Assembly: GCA_038153405.1 (NCBI GenBank)
Contig: JAYOYH010000057.1
Coordinates: 1-28,343, forward strand
Source: Gemmatimonadota bacterium
GTDB taxonomy: Bacteria > Latescibacterota > UBA2968 > UBA8231
DNA: 28,343 bases
Direction of reading: 5' to 3'
The translations under genes were made by a program, and so were the position numbers. The notes under the pieces were generated by a model. That model saw only the letters and a list, made by a program, of their open reading frames with translations. It had not been told where the DNA came from and did not search any database. This document shows, in pieces, positions 1 through 8,337 of this stretch. How positions within the stretch are numbered: the first letter of the stretch is position 1; the number at the start of each line of letters is the position of its first letter.

Positions 1-292
1 GACGCGTAAGCCTCGGAATTAGATGCAGTGAAAGATGGCGAAGAAAAAGCAGTGCTCTGTACTTGCTTTCGCGAACTGCTGCCCACGCGCAAACCGGAGT
101 ACGGCAAGTCAATTGAAAAACTCGATTTGGCTGATGGATAGACGGGGAAGGTGGCAGAGGAACGGGGCATTAAAAAACAAGGTGTGCAGCCACCGGGCGC
201 GCCAGGCGCTGTGCCAGCGCTTAGAGGAGGCCTGTCGCCTGTGTGCCAAGCACGGTTGTCTGGACTGGACCTGTGCGGATGAAGAAAATTAG
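1..292 (+). pseudogene. Disrupted CorE-like (ECF44-type) metal-responsive ECF sigma factor, 3' part (5' end outside window)
   Basis: Frame 1 reads DA*ASELDAVKDGEEKAVLCTCFRELLPTRKPEYGKSIEKLDLADG*TGKVAEERGI (CxC at 58-66; stops TAA 7-9, TAG 139-141). It shifts near 171-185 into frame 2, HRARQALCQRLEEACRLCAKHGCLDWTCADEEN*: the end of sigma region 4.2 (HRAR) plus a C-terminal CxxCxxHGCLD(C>W)TC Cys-rich tail. Confidence 0.8.
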
Positions 293-358
293 TTGGTGTT
301 TTATGCGAGTGTACATTTCAAAATCAGCTAACGCGATTCATGTAATAAGGCTATAGTG

Positions 359-3300
359 CTATTGCGACGTTTCTTTCACCTTGAGTAGAAGCAGACAGAG
401 CAGGGGAAGCACAAAGAGCGTCAATAGCGTTGAGGTAAGTACCCCACCTATGACTACTGTAGCAAGCGGTCGTTGCACTTCCGCCCCTACGCCTGTAGAT
501 AAGGCCATTGGTATAAAGCCCGCAGCGTCTGTGATGGCCGTAGCTAGCACCGGTCGCAAGCGCTGGTGAGCGGCCCGTACAATAGCTTCTCTCAATATCT
601 GACCTTGCTGCAAAAAGCTGCGAATTGCCGAGATCATAATCTGGCCGTTAAGTACGGCGATTCCGGAAAGAGCGATGAAGCCCACAGCCGCACTCACACT
701 GAAGGGCAGACCGCGCGCGTAGAGTGCGCATACTCCACCGATGAAGGCAAAGGGAATAGCAGTATAAATAAGCAGCACATCGCGCAGCTTCTTTAAGCTG
801 AAAAAGAGCAGTGCAAAGATCAGCAGCAGCGTGGCAGGTACTACCAGGAGCAGGCGCGTCTGCGCCCGCTGCAAATTCTCAAACTGCCCCCCCCATTCGA
901 CTACATAGCCTTCGGGCAGACGCACCTGCTTTTCGATGCGCTCTTGTGCCTCGTCGATAAACGACAGCACATCTCTGTCCACTACATTGCACTGCACGCG
1001 AATGACGCGTCGGCCCCATTCGCGGTTGATCGTCGCTGCCCCTTCTGTATGCTGAATATCTACCAGCCTGCGCAGTGGAATCCGCTGGCCGCGCTCTGTC
1101 GATACGAGCGCTTCTCCGAGGCGCTGAGCGTCGTGTCGATAGGCGTCCGGCAGGCGCACCACCAGGGCAAAGCGACGCTGCCCTTCGTAGATCTCACCGA
1201 CGTGGTAGCCGCCAATGGCCTCTATTAGCTCCAATACGTGCTGTGCCGATACGCCGTAGCGCGCCAGCGCCTCCTGATTGACCTCTACGCGCAGCAGCGG
1301 TTGGCCCGTCAACTGATCGACGGCAATATCGGACTGGCCTGGAATCTGCAGAAGTACGCGCTGGATATCGTCGCTAATGCGCACTAGCTCGTTGAAGTCA
1401 TCGCCGAAGAGCTTTATGCCCAGATCGGAGCGAATGCCGGAGATCATCTCGTTGAGGCGCATTTCAATGGGTTGCGTGAAGATCATATTCAGCCCAGGCA
1501 GGTCGGCCAGTTCCTCCTGCATGGCAGCAACCAACTCGGTCTGAGATTGCGCCCGCCTCCACTCGCTGCGCGGCTTTAGCGAGACAAAGATATCCGTCAG
1601 TTCCGTGCCCATCGGGTCGGTAGCCACTTCCGCCGTGCCGATCCGGCTCCACACGTGGCGCACTTCGTCGGGAAACGCTTCGAGCAGTAGATTTTCAATG
1701 CGCGTATTATACGCTGCCGACTCCTCGATGGAGATACCGGCCAGACGTATTGTATTAATCGTGATAGCTCCCTCGCTAAGACGCGGTAAAAACACACCGC
1801 CCAGGCGCGTAGCCTGCCAGCCTGCCACCGCCAGTAGCAGGCCGACGGACACCAGCACCCAACTCTTTCGTCGCAGCACCCAGTCGAGTATCCCGCTATA
1901 CAGGGGCAACAGCCAGCGCTGTAGCAGATCGGCGTGCTCGGTTGGATGCCGCGGCAGGAAGTAATAACTCAGCACCGGCGATAGGGTCAAGGCGATAATT
2001 AGCGCACCGACGAGGGCGAAGATAAAGGTCCAGGCCATCGGACTAAAGATCTTGCCTTCGATGCCCTGTAGCGTGAGAATGGGAAAGAAGACGAGGACAA
2101 TAATACCGATGCCAAAGGCTATGGGCCGACTCATATCGCGTCCCGAAGCGACGATGACCTCGGCCCGCTCACTAGCCGTCAACTCGCGCCCCACCTGCCG
2201 CGCCCGTTCTGCCAAGTTGCGCATATTGGCCTCGGTCATGACCACGGCCCCATCGATGATAATGCCGAAGTCGATGGCACCTAGACTCAGCAGGCTGGCG
2301 GCGATGGCAAACTCGTGCATGCCCAGCACGGCAAAGAGCATCGCCAGCGGAATAACTAGCGCGACCAACAACGCGGCGCGTATCTTGCCCAGTAGCAGAA
2401 ACAAGACCAGCGTCACCAGTGCGGCACCGGCCAGGAGGTTGTGCTCGACGGTTTGTATGACGGCGCGCGTCAACTCAGTGCGATCATAGACGACTTCGAC
2501 ACTTACGTCTTGTGGCAGCGATCGACGCACCTGCTGTAGGCGAGTTTTAAGTCGCTCAGTGACTTCCTTGCCATTTTCGCCCATCAACATGAAGGCGAGC
2601 CCCAGCACTGCTTCACCGCGGCCATCTGCCGTCACTGCACCGCGCCGAATCTCGCGATCAATTTGCACGCGTTCGGCAATATCGCCGATGTAAATGGGCT
2701 TGCCGTCGATAGAAGATACTACGATATCTTCTATCTCTTTGATCGTATCTACGCGTCCCACGCCGTGCACCATTTGTGCAAAACCGCCCGACGTAATTAG
2801 ACCGCCGCCGATGTTCTGGTTGTTCTTTTTTAAGGCCGCAAAGATGTCGTCCAGCGTTAGATCGAATTTGACCAGTGCCTCTGGAGAGACCACGACGTGG
2901 TACTGGCGCACGTCCCCGCCCCAGGAATTGACTTCGGCCACGCCGGGCACTTTGCGCAATTCGGGTTTTATCACCCAGTCGTGTAGCGTGCGCAATTCTT
3001 CCAGCGTGCGCGCAGGATCGTCGGAGCGCACGACGTAGTGAAAGATCTCGCCTAAACCCGTAGAAATCGGCCCCAACTGCGGCCGCGCTATGCCGTCGGG
3101 CAATACAACGCTGCTCAAGCGTTCGCCAATATACTGTCGCGCCAACGCAATTTCGGTGGCATCGTCAAACGTGGCCACGACTTGCGAAAAGCCAAATTTG
3201 GATATCGAGCGCACATTGACCAGACCGGGCAGTCCTCCGATGGACAATTCGACCGGCAGGGTAATCTGCTGTTCGATTTCTTCCGGGCTGAGAGCCGAAG

Positions 3301-3457
3301 CGACCGTATTAATCTGCACCTGAATGGGAGTCGTGTCGGGGAACGCATCGACCGGCAGGCGAAAAAGCGTCCACGTCCCTAGCGCCACCAGCCCCGCGAA
3401 GAGCAGCAGTACCAACAGGCGATTTTCAACCGAGTATGCGACAATCCTGGCGAGCAT
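359..3457 (-). CDS. czcA: CzcA/CusA-family heavy-metal efflux RND permease
   Basis: 1032 aa; LPVDAFPD, GPISTGLGEI, SLGAIDFGIIIDG (CzcA-type TM4), GFIALSGIAVLNG, RLRPVLATA, GAEVQRPLATVVIGG motifs. Confidence 0.95.
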   Translation of the reverse strand: MLARIVAYSVENRLLVLLLFAGLVALGTWTLFRLPVDAFPDTTPIQVQINTVASALSPEEIEQQITLPVELSIGGLPGLVNVRSISKFGFSQVVATFDDATEIALARQYIGERLSSVVLPDGIARPQLGPISTGLGEIFHYVVRSDDPARTLEELRTLHDWVIKPELRKVPGVAEVNSWGGDVRQYHVVVSPEALVKFDLTLDDIFAALKKNNQNIGGGLITSGGFAQMVHGVGRVDTIKEIEDIVVSSIDGKPIYIGDIAERVQIDREIRRGAVTADGRGEAVLGLAFMLMGENGKEVTERLKTRLQQVRRSLPQDVSVEVVYDRTELTRAVIQTVEHNLLAGAALVTLVLFLLLGKIRAALLVALVIPLAMLFAVLGMHEFAIAASLLSLGAIDFGIIIDGAVVMTEANMRNLAERARQVGRELTASERAEVIVASGRDMSRPIAFGIGIIVLVFFPILTLQGIEGKIFSPMAWTFIFALVGALIIALTLSPVLSYYFLPRHPTEHADLLQRWLLPLYSGILDWVLRRKSWVLVSVGLLLAVAGWQATRLGGVFLPRLSEGAITINTIRLAGISIEESAAYNTRIENLLLEAFPDEVRHVWSRIGTAEVATDPMGTELTDIFVSLKPRSEWRRAQSQTELVAAMQEELADLPGLNMIFTQPIEMRLNEMISGIRSDLGIKLFGDDFNELVRISDDIQRVLLQIPGQSDIAVDQLTGQPLLRVEVNQEALARYGVSAQHVLELIEAIGGYHVGEIYEGQRRFALVVRLPDAYRHDAQRLGEALVSTERGQRIPLRRLVDIQHTEGAATINREWGRRVIRVQCNVVDRDVLSFIDEAQERIEKQVRLPEGYVVEWGGQFENLQRAQTRLLLVVPATLLLIFALLFFSLKKLRDVLLIYTAIPFAFIGGVCALYARGLPFSVSAAVGFIALSGIAVLNGQIMISAIRSFLQQGQILREAIVRAAHQRLRPVLATAITDAAGFIPMALSTGVGAEVQRPLATVVIGGVLTSTLLTLFVLPLLCLLLLKVKETSQ

Positions 3458-3471
3458 CGTGCCTTAGCCGC

Positions 3472-5082
3472 TTAGTGATCAACGCAGCCAGCACCGAGCC
3501 GCGACTTGAGGAATTCCGACATAACCAATGCGCCCGAAGAAGCTACCGCGTCGTCTGGTTGCAGCCCTGCAAAGACCTCGACGCTCCGCTCCGAAGACCT
3601 TCCTATCTGCACGCGCTGCAGCGCATAGAGGTCGTCTTCTTGCTGGACAAACACAAAATTTAGCCCTTCGTATCGCTGCACGGCCTCACGCGGGACCAGA
3701 AGTCCGGCCTGGGCGTTGGGGGTGAGGACTTCTGCCCGACCAAAAAATCCAGTCTTAACGCGCTCAGCTCCATCTTGTACGACGGCACGTGCGCGCACCA
3801 AACGCGTGCGTGGGTCAACCTCTGCATCAATCCAGACGAGCGTGCCATGAACGACTTCACCGGGTAACTCGTCGAACCGGGCCTCTACAGACTGTCCCAC
3901 CTGAATATCGCTGAGGCGGTCGGCGGGGATCGATAGGACGAGCCAGCGCGTTTGCAAATCGGCCAGTGTAAACAGGGCTTCACCCGCCGACACGGCCCCG
4001 CCGGCGACGGCGCTGCGGGCTATGAGCGTGGCGCTGAAAGGAGCGCGGATTGACAGGAGGGCCGACGTGTCTTCTGTGCGTTCGACCTGAGCAATGGCCT
4101 CCTCCGTCAGGCCGAGGTTCAGCAACTTTTGTCGCGCGTTATTGACAGCCAATCGCGCGAGGCGAAACTCTCCTTCAGCTGCGATGTAGTCCTTTTTTGC
4201 ACTGATGGTTTCCTCGGCCAGTTTGCGCTCTCGATCCAAGCTTTCTTCCTTCAGATCGCGCATCACGAGCGTCGACAGATAGGCACTCTTGGCCTGCGCC
4301 ACTTCGCCCGAGTGCACTTCGACCAGTACCTGACCTGCCGCGACTTTTTCACCGACATCGGCAGCGACGCGGCGGACAATGCCGTCTGCCAGAGGGGTCA
4401 CGTGGGTCAAAGCATTGCCGTTGTAGTGGACTTCGCACAACGCCGTTAGTCCTGGAGCGCGTGCACTCGTACGCGGCGCGTGCGCTTCAATACCTGCCTT
4501 GCGTGCCGAATTCGCCGAGGGCATGCGCACCAGTAGGCGTTGACCAGGTGTCAGTTCCGTAGCCCGCTGTGGTTGGCAAATGGCGCACTCCATCTCGGCT
4601 ACGCCGTGCTCGTTGCACCACAGCACTTCGCTCTTTTCGGCGCGAACGTGATCGTGTACTGCGCTCGTTGTCACGGCGCCCTGCGCCCGCTCCGGCGCAC
4701 TCGAGGTGGCGTCCTCTTTCAATTCGGATCGACAGAGATGGCACTCGTTTTCGTAGAGAAAGTGTTCCTTGCAGTAGAGTCGACCTTTGTCTTCCAATTC
4801 TGGATGGCATATCCAGCAGCGGTCCTCATAACGTCCGTGCTCGTTGCACCACAGGCGCCCTTTGTCGCGTTTGGTTGGATCGCAAATAAAACAGGTTTCT
4901 CCCTCTGCTTCGTGTGCGTGTGCGGCAGCAACTACTGCATGCTCGTCGGCGTGTTCGGCGTGCTCATCGCTGTGCTCACTTTCTGGAGGGGCGCAGGCGG
5001 TCGCGATCATCGTCAAGATAAACACAGCTACTTTAGGCGCAGATTTCCGATATAGCATATACGCTCTCTTTAACGAATTCAT
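3472..5082 (-). CDS. czcB: RND efflux periplasmic adaptor (CzcB-like) with His-rich and Cys/His-repeat N-terminal extension; probable lipoprotein
   Basis: Lipoyl/hairpin/beta-barrel adaptor motifs (VGEKVAAGQVLVEV, IRAPFSA, VDPRTRLVRARA). Hydrophobic leader ends IATAC. ATG 5082 has GGAGAG upstream (ORF track starts at 5115). Lies between czcC and czcA. Confidence 0.9.
   Translation of the reverse strand: MNSLKRAYMLYRKSAPKVAVFILTMIATACAPPESEHSDEHAEHADEHAVVAAAHAHEAEGETCFICDPTKRDKGRLWCNEHGRYEDRCWICHPELEDKGRLYCKEHFLYENECHLCRSELKEDATSSAPERAQGAVTTSAVHDHVRAEKSEVLWCNEHGVAEMECAICQPQRATELTPGQRLLVRMPSANSARKAGIEAHAPRTSARAPGLTALCEVHYNGNALTHVTPLADGIVRRVAADVGEKVAAGQVLVEVHSGEVAQAKSAYLSTLVMRDLKEESLDRERKLAEETISAKKDYIAAEGEFRLARLAVNNARQKLLNLGLTEEAIAQVERTEDTSALLSIRAPFSATLIARSAVAGGAVSAGEALFTLADLQTRWLVLSIPADRLSDIQVGQSVEARFDELPGEVVHGTLVWIDAEVDPRTRLVRARAVVQDGAERVKTGFFGRAEVLTPNAQAGLLVPREAVQRYEGLNFVFVQQEDDLYALQRVQIGRSSERSVEVFAGLQPDDAVASSGALVMSEFLKSRLGAGCVDH
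4604..4854. repeat. Exact 20-nt direct repeat CCGTGCTCGTTGCACCACAG (4604-4623 and 4835-4854) encoding LWCNEHG twice in the adaptor
   Basis: Read directly from the sequence; matches two of the Cys/His modules. Confidence 0.85.
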
Positions 5083-5127
5083 ACGTCGCTCTCCATAAAT
5101 TACATCGCGATTCATCGCTTTGTATAC

Positions 5128-6393
5128 TCAATCTGTAGCTTGCACTAATGCCGATTCTTCTCCGATAGCGCGCAGCAGTCTAACCCGTGCTGTGCGATAT
5201 GCATACAGCGTTTCCACGCGTTCGATCCCGACCTCGATCAGATCCTGTTGCGCTCGCAGCATGTCCAGATAAGAGACCTCTCCTGCGTTATAGCTGTGTC
5301 GGGCCACCGCAGACACCGCCTCAGCAGCAGGGTAGATGTAGTCTCGTATCTGCACGACGCGCTTGGCCGCCGCTGCAAAATCCAGATGCGCCGCATGCAC
5401 TTCTTGCAACGCGCCCAAGGCTGCGCGCTCTTTATCAGCGCTGGCTTGCACATATTGGGCCGATGCTTGGGCGACGAGCCCTCGCTGATCGATTAATCCC
5501 CATAGGGGAAGCTCTAGGGCAATGGCCGTATGCCATGCTCTCTCCTGTCCAATAGGTGTATTGAGGGTCTGGCGGCCGACGCGAATGGCAAGGTCGGGTA
5601 TCCATGCACTGCGCGCCAACTGGCGCTGCGCGGCAGCGCTGGCGCGCAGCTTTTCCGCGCCGAGGATATCGCCGCGCTGTTGTAGCGCTTGGGCATATAA
5701 GCTGTCTAGGTCATAGACCGTGGCGTGGTATGCCAGCGTATCGGTTAGTTTGATTGGGACATCGGGGCGGTATCCCAGCAGGGCCTTGAGCCGCGAGCGG
5801 GACTGCGCTTCAGCGTGTTGGGACTGGATGTGTCGATTTTCTAATCGCCGCAGGTCGACTTCGGCGCGCAAGACATCCAAGCGAGGCACGTCGCCCGCCT
5901 CCTGTTGTATCAGCAAGCGGGCGAGTAAATCCTCAGCCGACTGCACGTATTGCGCCGTCCATTCTACTATCTGGACATCGGCCAGCACGCGGTCGTACGC
6001 CATCTGCACATCGCGCGCGATATCGAGTTGCGTTGCGCGATAGGTAGCTAAGCGCATCCCTTCGGCGCGCAGGCGTGCCGCGCGCGTGCGCTGCCACCAT
6101 TTCAGCGGAGAATCCAAGCGCTGCTGCAGACTGATCTCGCGCTCTTCATAGCGATCAAAATCGAAAACGCCCGGCAATCCTTCGTAGTCCCATTCTAATT
6201 CCGGCGGCGACGGTGCAGCGGCGCGCAGGGCCTGTGCCCGCGCTTCTTCCCAAACGGCTTGTGCTGCAAGAACGTCAGGATTGGTCGCTAACGCCTTGTT
6301 GATCGCTTCCCGCGTGGAAAACGACTCTGCGCTGAAGGATATATCAGTGGCTAGGAAGAAGCCGATAGCAACATGTAAAATGTGCTTGAACAT
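5128..6393 (-). CDS. czcC: TolC/CzcC-family outer membrane efflux protein
   Basis: ATG 6393 gives a signal-peptide-like MFKHILHVAIGFFLATDISFSA. Two OEP repeats (EAINKALATNPDV, EAGDVPRLDVLRAEV, LELPLW, YNAGEVSYLDMLRAQQ). First gene of the RND triad. Confidence 0.9.
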   Translation of the reverse strand: MFKHILHVAIGFFLATDISFSAESFSTREAINKALATNPDVLAAQAVWEEARAQALRAAAPSPPELEWDYEGLPGVFDFDRYEEREISLQQRLDSPLKWWQRTRAARLRAEGMRLATYRATQLDIARDVQMAYDRVLADVQIVEWTAQYVQSAEDLLARLLIQQEAGDVPRLDVLRAEVDLRRLENRHIQSQHAEAQSRSRLKALLGYRPDVPIKLTDTLAYHATVYDLDSLYAQALQQRGDILGAEKLRASAAAQRQLARSAWIPDLAIRVGRQTLNTPIGQERAWHTAIALELPLWGLIDQRGLVAQASAQYVQASADKERAALGALQEVHAAHLDFAAAAKRVVQIRDYIYPAAEAVSAVARHSYNAGEVSYLDMLRAQQDLIEVGIERVETLYAYRTARVRLLRAIGEESALVQATD

Positions 6394-6421
6394 CGCATTT
6401 CTCGATGGAGTAGATTGAATC

Positions 6422-6468
6422 TGCGCGACCGGGTTCGGCTGTATTGTGTGCGATACAATCCCGGCGCA
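6422..6468 (-). promoter_or_regulatory. Imperfect multi-segment stem-loop in the leader between the small ORF and czcC
   Basis: Minus strand TGCG-CCGGG-AT-TGTAT-(CGCACACA)-ATACA-GCCGAA-CCCGG-TCG-CGCA pairs in three segments. Confidence 0.35.
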
Positions 6469-6488
6469 ATGGGGCCTACAACCGAGGA

Positions 6489-6899
6489 TCAGATCAGCAG
6501 TACTATGGCATAAGCGGAGGGGTGAAGAGGGGAGACTGTGTGGATTTGGGGGACAGTAGAGACCCCAAAGAGAGAGGCTCAAGATCTCGCTTGGGCCAGC
6601 GGGTGGACAGAATCGATGGCCCAGTAGTGTAGTAACTGACGACCTTGGGGGAACAACGGAGAGTCCGTATCGATAACGACATCTCTACAGCTATCAGCAA
6701 GATGAAGATCTGCCACAGTGGGCCAATCCGCCGCAGAGGCTTTATGGTCTTGGTAAAGGCACGCACCGGCCTCTATTGCAGTATTCCCGTTCTGCTCAAA
6801 GCATAGGACCCCATTACCTATGGCAATTTGGACGCCAAATAAATATGCCAATAACCAGAAAGTGCGGGTGGCGCAGAGAGGGGGGCGTATTAGATCCAT
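6489..6899 (-). pseudogene. Small exported-type protein upstream of czcC, interrupted by in-frame TGA at 6579-6581
   Basis: MDLIRPPLCATRTFWLLAYLFGVQIAIGNGVLCFEQNGNTAIEAGAC...DSCRDVVID...LAQARS*ASLFGVSTVPQIHTVSPLHPSAYAIVLLI*. The frame continues cleanly after the TGA to a hydrophobic VLLI terminus. Confidence 0.6.
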
Positions 6900-6989
6900 T
6901 TGATTTCGGTAATATAAATCAGATCGGGTTAGGCAGTACCGGAATGTATGCAACGATACGTGCAATGGCAAGATTGTCGCGACCCCGGC

Positions 6990-7232
6990 TCAGGGGCGGT
7001 GCTGGTGAAAGTCGACGAGGGGATAGATGGACAATGGCGTCGAGTCGAATCAGCACGCCGTCTCCGATCGCCAGAGCCACAATAATGGAAATCCCTCCGA
7101 TGGCGCGCAGCCTCACGCCGCTTGCGCGCACCCATTTGCGGTATGGTCAGCTGCCATCGCCAGTGCGGCCATGACGCTGCGTGCGTTTGGGTTATTACCA
7201 ACGCGCTGCGTTTGAACAAACTGCCGCAGTAA
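6990..7232 (+). pseudogene. Frameshifted C-terminal remnant of a P1B-type (CopA-like) heavy-metal ATPase
   Basis: Across frames: SGAVLVKVD..GI..ARRL / ARATI / HPFAVWSAAIASAAMTL(RA) / VITNALRLNKLPQ* (TAA 7230-7232). This resembles the CopA end xLVKGDLxGIxxARxLSRATM...SPxIAxAAMxLSSVSVITNALRL. Confidence 0.7.
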
Positions 7233-7280
7233 TAGACCTGCCGAAGCGAAAATTAGGTTTGATTCGCCAGTATTAGTAAA

Positions 7281-7313
7281 GAAAGCGCAGTGCCTATGAA
7301 GCACTGCGCTTTC
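7281..7313. terminator. Intrinsic terminator-like hairpin, probably bidirectional
   Basis: Perfect 13-bp stem GAAAGCGCAGTGC / GCACTGCGCTTTC with a 7-nt loop; the minus strand ends TTTCTTTACT. Lies between the convergent ATPase remnant and the ExeA-type gene. Confidence 0.75.
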
Positions 7314-7452
7314 CCATATCATACATATCCGAGAATAGATCTAAGTGTGAAAAACCCACATGATACCAAAGACAGCTTAAGCGTGAGTTAATCCAGGGGG
7401 TTATGTCAACCGAGGTTACGAGTGCCGTCAAGGGCAAATCCCCCTGGGCTTT

Positions 7453-8262
7453 CTAAACACGGCTCTCCTCCTCGTCTAGGATGATCCCATAGGCCATGTC
7501 TTCGTCTATCTGCTGTATGCGCCGGCTGAATCCGAGCAGCAGACACAGGTCGCAAATGTGGTTGAGGCGGCGCGGTATGCCGCCCGAATACTGGGCCAGC
7601 AGTTCGATGGCCTCCGGACTGAAGATGGCTTCGCTGCGGCCAGCCACGCTCAGCCGGTGCGCAATATAATCGCCCACCTCGCTGCGCTCGAGCGGCAGCA
7701 GCAGGCCGCGGGCGGCGAGGCGATCGTCTAGCTGAGGCAGCTGGCGCACGCGTTCGGCCATCGGTGGCTGTCCAACCAACAGCAGGCTGAGTAGGAAGGC
7801 GTCGTTGAGTTGGAAATTGAGCAGCAGGCGGATCTCTTCAAAGAGCGCATCGTCGTTCAAGAGCTGCCCCTCATCGATGATGACGAGCGTGCTCTTGCCG
7901 GCAGAGAAATTGTCGTAGAGGCGACCGTTGAGTTCGTGCACCACCGAGGTATAGTCTTGTCCGGGGGTTTCTTCGCCGATTTGGTAGAGGATCTCGCGCA
8001 GCAAATGCAGGGCGGAGGTATGCGGGCTGGTCAGCAGCGCTACTTCCGTCTGTTCTGGATCGAGTTCGGAGACGAGCGCGCGCGCGAGCATGGTCTTCCC
8101 ACAGCCCGTCTCGCCTGTCAAGAGCGCGCCGCCGCGGTTGTCTTTCAGTGCGTAGAGCAGTTTGGCAAAGGCCTCGGCGGTAGCCGATGACGGGTAGAGA
8201 AAGCGGGGATCGGGCGTATTTTCAAACGGTTTCTCCGCCAGGTCCCAATAGTCCTGATACAA
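7453..8262 (-). CDS. ExeA/GspA-family AAA+ ATPase (short, no peptidoglycan-binding domain)
   Basis: MYxxxxxLxxKPFxxTPDPRFLY N-terminus, Walker A GETGCGKT, Walker B LVIIDE, LLLVGQP, SGGIPRRLNHICD; TTG start with GGAGGG RBS. Confidence 0.9.
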   Translation of the reverse strand: MYQDYWDLAEKPFENTPDPRFLYPSSATAEAFAKLLYALKDNRGGALLTGETGCGKTMLARALVSELDPEQTEVALLTSPHTSALHLLREILYQIGEETPGQDYTSVVHELNGRLYDNFSAGKSTLVIIDEGQLLNDDALFEEIRLLLNFQLNDAFLLSLLLVGQPPMAERVRQLPQLDDRLAARGLLLPLERSEVGDYIAHRLSVAGRSEAIFSPEAIELLAQYSGGIPRRLNHICDLCLLLGFSRRIQQIDEDMAYGIILDEEESRV

Positions 8263-8337
8263 ATGGCCCTCCGCCAGGGGGCGATTGCCCGCCCGAAAAA
8301 CGAATCTAACAACTACTTAAATGTCTATTTTTTTATA

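Noticed and set aside
35..292. 85-aa ORF as an intact small protein
   Set aside because: Only its C-terminal half is meaningful; the matching N-terminal sigma-factor sequence is in another frame.
4804..4818. CWICH as a c-type heme-binding motif in the adaptor
   Set aside because: It is a single occurrence inside a module whose other copies lack the His (CHLCR, CAICQ, CFICD); better explained as part of the Cys/His repeat.
6394..6582. 63-aa N-terminal extension of CzcC in the ORF track
   Set aside because: It overlaps the leader ORF tail; the signal peptide begins at ATG 6393.
6919..7322. Small minus-strand ORFs (70, 96, 69 aa) in the island spacer
   Set aside because: They are antisense to the P1B ATPase remnant or span the terminator, with no recognisable features.
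7432..8290. Imperfect inverted repeats (GGGCAAATCCCCCTGG / CCAGGGGGCGATTGCCC) flanking the ExeA-type gene as transposon ends
   Set aside because: Short, gapped and GC-rich; no transposase or target duplication; the promoter lies outside them.
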